From contig CM060731.1 of NCBI GenBank assembly GCA_030704615.1, forward strand, positions 27,032,001 through 27,096,000: DNA of 64,000 nucleotides, written 5' to 3'. The notes below the pieces were generated by a model. It was not told the DNA's origin. It made no database searches and saw nothing but the letters and a program-made list of their open reading frames with translations. This DNA comes from Takakia lepidozioides. Taxonomy: Eukaryota; Plantae; Bryophyta. The number at the start of each line of letters is the position of its first letter. Within the stretch, counting starts at the first letter, position 1. This document shows positions 23,407 through 33,699 of the stretch, one piece after another. A program made the position numbers and the translations under genes.

Positions 23407-25887
23407 GGAAAAATTGCCATCCTGAATAAGGACTTGTATATTTGTGTGAACTTTTTCTCTGCACTGCATGTAAGAAACTTTAATGTCTAGTAGAGATGCT
23501 TCTAAATACTTGTAGAGAAGTGGAAGGGAAGAGTCAGATCAGGCGTTTGTTTTTTGAGTGTAATTAGGGTAGGGCAGACAGCTCGCCTAAAGATTTACCT
23601 GGCTGCCCTCTCTGAATGTTGGCTATCATGTAACCATGGGGGCATAGTCCCTGTGGGATACTAACCCTTTCAAAGCCAGTCCAGTGTAATCCAGTAGGGT
23701 ATGGTACCGAGCTGGAAGGTTGCTGAAGGGCACACAACTGGAGACTATACTAGAAGGTGCGGTATATATGCAATCACTGCACTGGAGTGGTCCACTTCCA
23801 GGTAAGAAGTGCTGCACCACCCACCCCACTGATGAGGCAGAGGCATAATTGTTCTCTCTTACCAGCACAGACCCTGTCTGGGGTGGCAATTCACTGTAAA
23901 GTGTAGTCTGGAAAGGCATGTGATGCTGCTGACCGACCCTTCATGGATCAATGGCCCAGATCAACTACGTAGGAGGGTCGCATGACTCAAGTCCCTTCAA
24001 TGTATCTCTAAGGGCTATGCCATCGACCCGGACATTTAATAACTACACAATGAAAGACATGAGAAGTACAATGAAAAAGGAGACTTAGAGGTGGCGGGAG
24101 TATCGCTCGATGATGGGCATGGGATGATGAGGGCTTCAAATACCTTAAAATTCCAGATTTGTTTTTTAGAGAGAAAACCAATATAAATATCCACATAAAC
24201 AAATATAATAGCTGAATCATTAATGATAATAATAATATTTGACGGCTCCCCAAGGAAGCTTAACTTATGGGATGCGTAAATTATGGTGTTTCTTAATCCC
24301 AAAGGGCTATTGCCTTCCGGCAGGAAGGTGGACATCTTTGTGACACCAATTGGTGGATTGAACCCACATGTGCCCATTAGCAGTGGCTACAACTTGGTTG
24401 TCGCCGAGTCATTATATGTATATATGTTGCCAAACGTAGTTAGCGTAAATAAGAGCCCTTTCCCTTTGTGGATGATGCCCTCTTTCGAGGGTGGGCTCTA
24501 CCAAATAGGACCTACTTGCGAGTTGACAAGTTGGCCACTTCCAATCTTGCGCTTGTTGAGGACGAGAGCATTGGGAGAGCAGTGGGATCTAATAGCTGTA
24601 ATATGTATTACAGGAAGGAGTAGTGGTGGCTGTATGGGGTAGTTCAGGTTTTGTTTCATTACTAGTTTTGATATTAATGTATAGTTCCTTTCCCAACGAA
24701 CGCTGCAAGCGGTCAAATACTACAGTAGCACACATGATTGTTGTTCTACGGGATAGTGGCCATAACATGCGAGGGCCCAACTAATTAATTATGCAAACTC
24801 CAGCTGGAGTTTCTTGGAAACTACTCATATTGTTACATTAATCAATCCTGAGGTTGACACTCATCTTAGGTACTTCATACCTTTATTGGCTCCTCGGCTC
24901 CTCCCTCAATGCACCAATGCTGACGAGAGATCAAGATGTACCTGCTCCAGAAAACACCTAAATGTAGAAACATGCATCTCCAGTAGTTAATAGTCTAGCT
25001 GTAATTAAAGTTGTTCACTTAGTGAATATGGTGATGTATTTCTCATGAAAAAGGCGCAATGAATGTCAATGTCAATGCCAGTCTATCTCTATTCCAAATT
25101 TATTACTGAACACTTATACTACTGGGAAAGATCCACAACAATCAAATACAAAGTACTACCCTTCAAATAATTCAGCAATAAAGTTACCAACCAGGGCCTT
25201 GTCCCCTGTTCTTTAAAATTAAAAAAAGAAAAAAAGTACTAAAAAAATATATGCAACACTACACTACACTTCCTAACAAGAGGCACTTATGTATAAAAAA
25301 CTGTCATTTCTCTCACAGACCTTCTCTCACTTCCACACGCCACCACACCCTTGCCACCTATACATTGACAACATTACACAAGTATTACAACATACAACCT
25401 AAACTACATTCATACCACCCATTACAAGCCGAGCATATGCAAGCTCAGAAGCACCACATTAATATTCTATCATATGGCAAATTAAACAGTAAAGCAACCA
25501 TAATTAATCTGCAAATTAATAAAACACACCACTTTTAACACTCTAACTACTCTGGGAATACCTCCTGCCCCACACTATCAACATGACATATCCCCACGAC
25601 CCCCACACAATCAAACCTCCCCACGACTCCATTCAAATACACCATACAAACTTTCCTGAATTAAACGTTCGATGTTACCGTCCCTGGACAACGGATTAGG
25701 CATTTTTGCGCCTATAATAAAATCAATCAATCAGAAAATTAGGCATGCTTTGAAATCATTTTCTCAATTTAGGCATCTTCATGCTATATATTTTTTAGAA
25801 TTATGTAGGCACGTGAGAAGAGAAACTATTTATTTTATTAAGAATAAAATTACAAAATAGACACCCAATGCCCATGGGCCTTCCAGG

Positions 25888-26241
25888 TGTCAAGTTAAAT
25901 AAGCACAGTGTGAAAACAGCTAGCATAAAACTAGTTGTTTGTATTTAACACTTGGATTTAGGTCAAGTGTTAAATCAGGTGTCAAGTTTAGTTTGACACC
26001 TGGTCCGTCTTATCTTCACGAGAGCGGCAGTCGCGCGGCTCATCTCTCTCGAGTTGAGCCTGCGCGACCGAGCTCCTGCATGTGTTTAGGTTTGAGTGTG
26101 CTTATGTAGGGGTACAGGTTGTTGTGGGGTGGAGTCCCCATAGCTTGGGGTGCCCCTGGCTCGACTTCAGTTTCAATGAGTGATAGCGATGGATTCATGT
26201 TGTTTCTGGTGTGAGCAGTGTGTTTTCTAGTTTTCTTATCA
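25888..26241 (+). repeat. Element C repeat A1 (354 bp)
   Basis: No differences seen by eye from 37024-37377. Confidence 0.95.
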
Positions 26242-26257
26242 CTCGAGAGAGATGAGC
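26241..26257 (+). promoter_or_regulatory. Self-complementary primer-binding site of element C
   Basis: ACTCGAGAGAGATGAGC is the exact reverse complement of GCTCATCTCTCTCGAGT (26038-26054). No TGG tRNA-type start. Confidence 0.75.
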
Positions 26258-26462
26258 GTTATCTAGTGTGCTGGTGCTAAGCTAGATACAATGTTTGTTT
26301 TAGCATTATTATAATATATATCTTGGGGCGGGAGTCCATCTGGCCTTGCTGTTTCGCTGGTCTGTGCGCAAGAGCATAGGTGCTGTGCAGTCCATTAAAG
26401 GGAAAGGAAAGAAGAGTCTTAGAAAAGCCGCGCGAGAGAGGGAGAATGAGAAGGTTGCAGAG

Positions 26463-27011
26463 ATGGAGAAGGCAGCGGATAGGCATTGAGGGAATGTGGT
26501 GCTGGTGCTGGACTTCGGATCGCAGTATACGCATCTTATCACCGTCTTGTCCGACAGTTCTCTATTTGCTCCTTTTGCTTACCTGCTGGTACCCCCTTGG
26601 AAGCCATTCAGGGGCTCAATCCCTCCGTTATAATTCTCTCAGGTGGACCCCGTTCTGTCCATGAAGAGGGCTCCCCAACTGTGCCTGATGGCTTCTTCGA
26701 GTACACAAGGAATCATGGGATCGCAGTGCTTGGCGTTTTACGGGCTGCACCTTATTATCAAAGTGCTGGGAGGAGAGGTCAAGCAGGCGGAGAGCCAAGA
26801 GTATGGGCGCATGTAAATAGCTGCTTTGAAGGACAGTAAACTATATGGTGATGCAGAGAGCTTCTCAAACCAGGTCGTGTGGATGAGTCATGGTGATGAG
26901 GCAGTTTAATGTTCACCAGGCTTTCACATCGTAGCCACCAGTTTGCAGGGCAACATTGCTGCCATTGAGAACAGCGCTGCTGGAATTTATGCTCTTCAAT
27001 ATCATCCCGAG
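26463..27011 (+). pseudogene. guaA: Captured intronless GMP synthase fragment (glutamine amidotransferase domain)
   Basis: [47 protein letters not shown]. Contains frameshifts and stops. Confidence 0.9.
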
Positions 27012-27362
27012 GGTTTTGTGGCAAGGCCAGAGGCTGGGACGGACGGGTCTCTCAATCTCATGATCTGGCAGTGCACTTTACCTGGCAAAGCTGGGACTGA
27101 TTGGGAAGGGGGATTCTACCCAATTGCAATCCATTTCAGCGAGGACTATCCCAGTAAGCCACCCAAGTGCAAGTTTCCCGCAGGCTTCTTTCACCCAAAC
27201 CTGTATCTGTCAGGCACAGTGTGCCTCTCTATCCTCAATGAGGACTCTGGGTGGAGACCAGCCATCACCGTGAAACAAATTCTGGTTGGCATCCAGGAGC
27301 TGCTAGATGCCCCAAATCCAGCTGACCCAGCACAGACTGAAGCGTACAACTATTCATCCAGG
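27012..27362 (+). pseudogene. SCE1: Captured intronless SUMO-conjugating enzyme (SCE1/UBC9) fragment
   Basis: GFVARPE...[19 protein letters not shown]...[19 protein letters not shown]...[40 protein letters not shown]. Confidence 0.93.
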
Positions 27363-27615
27363 TCGAGAAGTCACAGGTGGACCAGCTCAAGGTCTGAAAC
27401 TTCCCCAAGTCTGAAACCTTCCAAGGCTGTTTACAACATGACAAGAAAGCAGCAGAGATATACCTGCTTACTGGCAAAGAGTCAGTGCTAGGAGCTGCAT
27501 TTGATCCAGAGCTACACTCTGTACTGGAGCTGGCCAGTGATGCTGAGCTGTTTGAACTATTGAACATTCTCTATGGACAAAGCCTGCTGAGCCTGCTGTT
27601 GAAGTCGGTGGCGCT
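27363..27615 (+). pseudogene. Third captured host mRNA fragment, probably a plant YaaW-like uncharacterised protein
   Basis: AAFDPELHSVLELASDAELFELLNILYGQSLLSLLLKS resembles a conserved plant motif DPELR.VLELATD.EL.EL..IL.G.S..SPLLKS (recalled, not searched). Confidence 0.5.
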
Positions 27616-28043
27616 AGAAGGAGGGAAGCCTATGGGGTGCTAAGCCTGTCGAGCAGGGGTGTGTACTGGTGATACGAGCATGGGTCAGGGAGCTACTTGG
27701 TTCAAGCGCAAAGGATCAAAGCCCTGGAGTCAGCATAGTCGGGGAACGGCCTCGGGAACCCGTAGATAACTAGGGAACAGGGAACCTAGACAAGTATTTT
27801 AAAAATTAATTAATTAATTTTTTAAAAAAAAAGAAAAAAAAAGAAGGTGTTATGTTTAAAGAGCCTGGTTGGTTTGACTCAGTTTTTGGGGGGATAGCTG
27901 CAGAAAGGGGAAATCTACCTACCTACCTGTTTTTGGGACTCTGCTAAAAATCTATGGAATTTTTAGAGTGTGAGTGTGCCATAAAAGATCCACAATCCTG
28001 TCTCTAGAACCTGTGCTGGTCTATATGAGAGACAAATCTGTGG

Positions 28044-28805
28044 ATGTACTCCTTGCATGGCTGGGGAAATGAGGACGTAATTGAAGGGCAGGTCTCTTCT
28101 CTTAGCCTGTGCACACAAGGGGACAAGATTTATGTTTCCCAAGGAACTCAGACTGATTTGAGTGGAGAACAGTTGGACGAGTTGATTGCATACTGGGAGT
28201 CAGGCATTAGCAGTAGACAACAGACTGCTGTAGTTGGCATTGAGGGCCTCAATATCGCCTTGGACAGTCAGAACTCTGTTGGAGCCAGCAGTTCTGCAGC
28301 TGTAGGTGAAATACCAAAGTGGGTGAAAGCTAGGCTTGGAACACAGCCAAAGACAGCCCCGGGGACCAAGGTGTTCAGTCACAAGGCCGTGGTGTACTGG
28401 AGCAGAGGAGCAGGAGCTACACAAGTTTGTGCAATCAGACATGGTTGCAGCCGGATACGCTCTGCACAGGGCAACCACGAGCGGGGGTTCATCAGCAATG
28501 ACATGTTTGTTGTGCGTGAAGGAGATGCAGTCATTCGCAATGAGGACACCTGCAACCGTCTCAAAGCTTTTGAGTTGAGAGACTATCAGACCCTACCTTT
28601 GTTTTCTTTAGTGTTCAGTGAGCGGGAGATAGGGGAGTATTGCTTTGTCTCTACCTGGCAGAAAGAGGAGGAGGGTTGGTTAGAGCGAGCTACTGTAGCT
28701 TGGGACAAGGTTAGTGGCAGGTTTCTGGACATAGATATACCTCCTACACCTTACCATCATGCAGAGCGAGGCACTTTGAGAGAAGTCTGGCAGTTGATAG
28801 CATAG
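28044..28805 (+). CDS. Orphan 253-aa ORF upstream of gag in element C
   Basis: Uninterrupted ATG-to-TAG ORF with globular-looking composition in its C-terminal two-thirds. No family recognised. Confidence 0.55.
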   Translation: MYSLHGWGNEDVIEGQVSSLSLCTQGDKIYVSQGTQTDLSGEQLDELIAYWESGISSRQQTAVVGIEGLNIALDSQNSVGASSSAAVGEIPKWVKARLGTQPKTAPGTKVFSHKAVVYWSRGAGATQVCAIRHGCSRIRSAQGNHERGFISNDMFVVREGDAVIRNEDTCNRLKAFELRDYQTLPLFSLVFSEREIGEYCFVSTWQKEEEGWLERATVAWDKVSGRFLDIDIPPTPYHHAERGTLREVWQLIA

Positions 28806-29324
28806 ATCAGGATTAGATCTTGCTTGGTCGGGCTTCTATTCTTCCCCTCCATCTCTGTACTATTTTCATTACCTTGTACTTGTAGTTGCCAAAGCCTCTC
28901 TTGGTGGAGGCCAGTCAGTCCGGGGTTTTGGGCTGGGATATTCTGCAGGATCAGCATTGCAGCTGGATTTTGGTGTGGGGGTGTTGATGTTTTGATTTCT
29001 TGTGTTTGGATCCCCCCCGACACCTGCATGCTTGACTGTGCGCCATGTTGGTTTTGTGTGGGCGCTTGCTTTCATAGGGATTAGGCCGGATTTGATCACC
29101 GGTCAATCCTAGAGTATGCTGTCGGTGGTGAGGCTGGAGTGATGACCAGCAAGACCACCAGTGTTTCTTCTATGGTGAGGCTGGGTTGATGACCAGCCAA
29201 CCATAGGAGTTTTTGCGGTGGATGCAGGTGCAGGTGCCCTGAGCCATTGGGATATGACCCTTAAACTGCAACAGGTGCCCACCCGTGTCACTATTAGATT
29301 AGTACTAGAGCCTTATAGTGTCAC

Positions 29325-31250
29325 GTGGAGGAGGTGCACATTGTGAGTGTCATTACGGAGTTACCCAAGGGTTTTGAGGGGAGTACGGCTACAGGCAGTA
29401 ACAGTGAGAGTGGGTTCACAAGACGAGGTATTCGGTTCAGACCACCTTCACCGCCACCCTCAATTACTGTAGAGTCAGACACAAACTCGGAGGCTTCATC
29501 AACAGGTGTGCACTTTCATTCGCCATTGTTGTGGGACGACATGGAGGAGATGTATGGAGCTACCAAGGGGCCTCGTAGGTACTCTGGAGCTGTGGGCACA
29601 ATCGAGTTGGATGACTTTATCCAGGAGTTCGACAGCTGGTGTGATTTGCAGCAGATGCGCAATCCACAGCTATTCACCCCATTCATGGCGTGGAAGGGAC
29701 TGTTCCAGCATTTGGAAGGCCCGCCTATGGACGATTACCACGAGTTCAGGCGAGGACATGAAGCAGAGATTGAGGAGTGGAGGATGTATTGGTCACCTGA
29801 CTACGTCTCCATTACTCGAGGCACGACGCGACCAGTAGCTGCATCAGTACCAATAGCTCCCACTGCCAGCACTAGTAGTGGAGCAGGTAGTGCTGGTACT
29901 TCTGCAGGTGGTACCAGTTCAAAAGGTGCTACTACTCCTCCTGCCACAACTACAACACATGTGCCTAGATTCAACCCGGTGGTGGAGTTCTTCCAGGAGT
30001 TGCGGAGAAATTACCAAGGTGTACGGACAGAGAAGCTGCGAAGTTTTGCAAGACTTCCAGCGCAAACCCAGTGAGAGCCTACGAGAGGCGTACACTCGTA
30101 TGAGGCGCTTGATAAGTGTGACCCAAGGGGTTACTGAAGCTCAGGCAATCCAGTTTTGGTATGGAATTCTGGACAAGGAGCTCAAGAGAAGGGTGCGAGA
30201 TGCAACCCTGTTACAAGCAGCCCAACCCACATTAGCAGATGTGTTTCTGCTGGCTGAGCGGATTGAGCTCAACATGGTGGAGGAGCGAGTTGTTACAATT
30301 GGATTTGGCAAGGACATGCCTGTACGGGGCACAGCTGTCAGCCCACAGGCACAAGGGACTGCCCAACAGCGTGGTCAGGGGGGCAAGGTTGCCCAGCCCA
30401 GTTCCATGGAGCTACAGGGGACCTCAGGTGCAGAGGCCCGTGGCATCTTTTGCAGGCCAACAGCAACCAGGGGTGATATGTTGGACATGTGGAGGACCCC
30501 ATGTCAAAAGAGATTGCCCAGAGAATGGCAGAAGGCCGGCACAAGCACAGCCTGCACAGTTGCAGTGTGGGCATTGTGGCAAGTATGGGCATGTAGATGC
30601 CCAGTGTTATGACTTGCATCCTGAGTTGCGCCCAGGCCAGTTCCAAGGGAACAATGGTGGCCGGGGGCGAGGTGGACCAGCCCAAAGAGGACGAGGTGGT
30701 CGGGCACGAGGTGCAGGCCAAGGGCAAGCTCCACATGGCCAAGGACGCGGAGGTCAGGGTGTTGACCAAGGCATGGCCAATCGGCTTCAGCAGCTAGAGC
30801 AGAGGCTCGCTGCCATGGCTATAGCTCAGGCGGTACCCGGCTCCCAGGCGGATGGTCCACCTCCTGCTCCTGAGGGAGGAGATATGGGAGGCATGGGATT
30901 CATGTGCGGAGCAGCACTACCACTAGAGCAGGTGGAGTCTGCTGCAGCCGTGACTCGAGGAGCAGCACGAGTTCCTGAGCCACGAGGTGCAGAGGTGGAG
31001 TTGGATCCACAACGTGGGGAGGCAAGCCGTCAGGCGAGGCTGCCTCAGTCATTCACCTTGGCGGAGACAGTGTCAACGCCATCCATGGCACCTAGTTCTC
31101 GCCCGACTGTTACCGAGGCGGAGGTTACTATGCCATTGGGGAGAGCTACACGTGCAGCACTGACACCTGCTACCAAGGCTAGTGCAGCCGGTGTGTTATT
31201 GGGGCAGCCACCTCTGTGTGTCAAGCCCCACTGTTCTCGGCAACCATGAT
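29325..31250 (+). pseudogene. Element C gag (capsid-like, two CCHC knuckles, RGG-rich region), frameshifted as assembled
   Basis: LDDFIQEFDSWC; FQRKPSESLREAYTRM; CWTCGGPHVKRDC; CGHCGKYGHVDAQC; GGRGRGG. Confidence 0.88.
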
Positions 31251-31479
31251 TGCGACGCCGGGGGTGAGACCAGCTGCAGTGTTCAGACTAGCAGCAACTC
31301 TCTGTGAGAGTGGGGAGGTCACTCACTTCATCTTCTGCGGAGTTAGTGGAAGGTATAGTGGCAGAGGGATCCTCGGATTTGAGGGTCAAGACTGCCACGG
31401 CTGCGCCATGGCAAGTTGCAGCTGCCAGGTTGACGGAGCTGCCAGCTAGGCCAGCCATTGAGCGCGCCATGGTGACACC

Positions 31480-31900
31480 TGGAGTTGTCTTGTTAGACAA
31501 CCAGGGAGGCATTTTCACTTTGAGTGGACCGGCAGGCAAGAAGTACCGGCCACTGCGGGTCTTGTTGGACTCAGGAGCTCAGCCACTGATGTTGGGCAGA
31601 GCTGCTATTGCAGGTTTGGGCCTCATGGAGGCGGATATGGAGCCTTGTCCTTTCCAGATACAGACATCTCTGGAGGATCAGAGCAGGCTCGCGGCATGAC
31701 ACGGCATCAGTTGGCTATTAGACTGCAGCCGGATCATCCTGTAGATGGCTCAGTGATGCGAGCCAAGGCCATTGTGACAGACGCGTCTCTTACGATGTCC
31801 TCGTTGGTGGGGCAGTGTTATACCCCATGGGCTTCACCCTGGATTTCTGGGAGAGTCAGCATCCTACAGGCCTGGATGGCAGTCAGGGATGGTCCCTGTG
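31480..31900 (+). pseudogene. Element C aspartic protease
   Basis: RVLLDSGAQPLMLGR, and YDVLVGG in a shifted frame. Confidence 0.8.
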
Positions 31901-32264
31901 ACATTCATTGGGGGTATTGCAGCTGCCCAGCGGGGCAAGATGCCAACACTAGCCGCCTTCACAGTTGTCGTTAGTTGGCCTGGAGAGTTGCTGGAAGGCA
32001 ATGCCCATGCAGAGGATGTGCCACCTGCCAGCAGAGCAGGATGACATGCATGGTACGGCGGAGTTGCCTGCCATGGTTGCTCACACTCACTCCGTTGTGG
32101 GGTACGAGCAAGGATTTGCAGCAAGCTGCTGATGGACGGGTGCAACAAGCTTGGGAGAAGCTTTTGTACCGTCAGGAGAGGAGGAGAGTGCGGTGATTGC
32201 ACCAGGGCCACCTCAGTTGTCGCCATTGGACACCACACCTCTTGTGTGGCAAAGCGCTGATGAA

Positions 32265-33215
32265 GGCATTTGCCTTCTGGACTTGTTTGGCGGGATCAGC
32301 ACCGGATTGGCTGCTGTGCTACAGGCAGGCGGTGTGCGGTAGGCGTTACCTGTATGTGGGAGGGATGAGACTGCACGACGCGTCTCACTGCTCCATGTTG
32401 CTCAGTTGGTACAGCATTACCCTGACTTGTTTGCCTGTGTCTGCAGTTCGTGGATACAACAAGCCTTGCCAGCAGACATTTTCCTTGTTGGGGGGCGCAA
32501 GATTTGGAGCAGGTTGGCTCCATTGATCTGGTAGTGGCAGGTTGCCCTGCCAAGGGCATTCATCAGCCGGGCATGGCAATGGATTGCGAGACTCGAGGAC
32601 GGGTCTGTTTTGGGAGATGGTGCGGATTTTGCGCTGCTTGCAGCTTCATCAAGCTGTATCTCCAGCATACATCTTGAGAATGTGCCACTGATGGGTGATT
32701 CTCGGGCCAGGGTGATGGCCAGTGTGCATCAAGTCCGGTCGTGGCTTGGGTCAGCAGTGTTGCTGGATGCAGCTGCAGTGGGTCACGGGCTCATCGTCCA
32801 CGACTATGGTGGACTAACTTGATGCCACCCGCACTGCTCAAGCGTGCATTTGATGGGGTGCAGCGGCCAGCACACCTCACCGTGGATGGCATTTTGGACA
32901 CAGGAAGGCAGTCTCAACGTGTGAGACACGATGACCGTTCGCCTTTGGCAGTGGTCAACATGGTGGGTCAACCACTAGCAGCATTACCTACACTGCTCAG
33001 CTTCCCAGGATCCCCTGCTTTTCGGGATGGTGGACCTGGCCTCCTGTGGGATGCTCAGTTGCAGCAGTTAGTGGAGCCTAATGCCGACGAGCGAAAGCGG
33101 GCTATGGGGTTTTCCACTGGGACCACGGCGGTGCCTTCTCTTTCTGAGGCATCACGTCGTCAGGTGTTGGGGCAAGCAATGGATCTCAATTGCTTGACCT
33201 GGATTGGTCAGCTTG
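32265..33215 (+). pseudogene. C5 cytosine DNA methyltransferase domain inside element C pol (frameshifted as assembled)
   Basis: Motif I LLDLFGGISTG; motif IV DLVVAG(W)PCQGHS (PCQ at 32545-32553); LRDSRTGLFWEMVRIL; motif VI ENV (32676-32684); motif VIII GSRAHRPRLWWTN; ERKRAMGF; motif X RRQVLGQAM. Confidence 0.88.
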
Positions 33216-33699
33216 GCTATGGGCTGAGCAACGTAGAGTGCGAATGCACTTCCCTTGACGTGTCTCCTCTGCCTACCGAGACGGTACAGGCAGCGAGTGG
33301 GGGCGAGCAGGTGAGGACCACGAGGTGTAGACAAATCCATGGCACCTGTGGGAGGTGCTCGAGGTTCAAGGGAGTTGGCAGCCAAGGGCAGCTGTGATGG
33401 ATGAGGTTGGGATTTCCTTCTCGGGATGAGGAGGTTTCTCAGATGAGATGAATGGGGGGGGCCCAGGATGAGCCTTGTCATTGGGACTGCGCAGGAAGCG
33501 GGTAAATTGGCTCAAGAGGTTTGCCAGCATAGCAACCACGGGACGTGTTTCCCTCTAACCTCTAAGCCCACTGGACTTAAGGTTTTGCAGTTACGGAGGA
33601 CATTTTGGGAGCCTGACTTGGGACCCATTTCACCGAGGAGAGAAGACGCGTTACGGCGGTTCCTGAGGGCTTATGATTGCCTTTTGTTGTCCTTCAGTT

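Noticed and set aside
24036-24780. Overlapping 60-120 aa ORFs on both strands
   Set aside because: No recognisable domain or splice structure.
26943-27491. Functional host SCE1 gene
   Set aside because: Lacks the N-terminal helix and C-terminus, has no introns or ATG start, and lies inside a retrotransposon.
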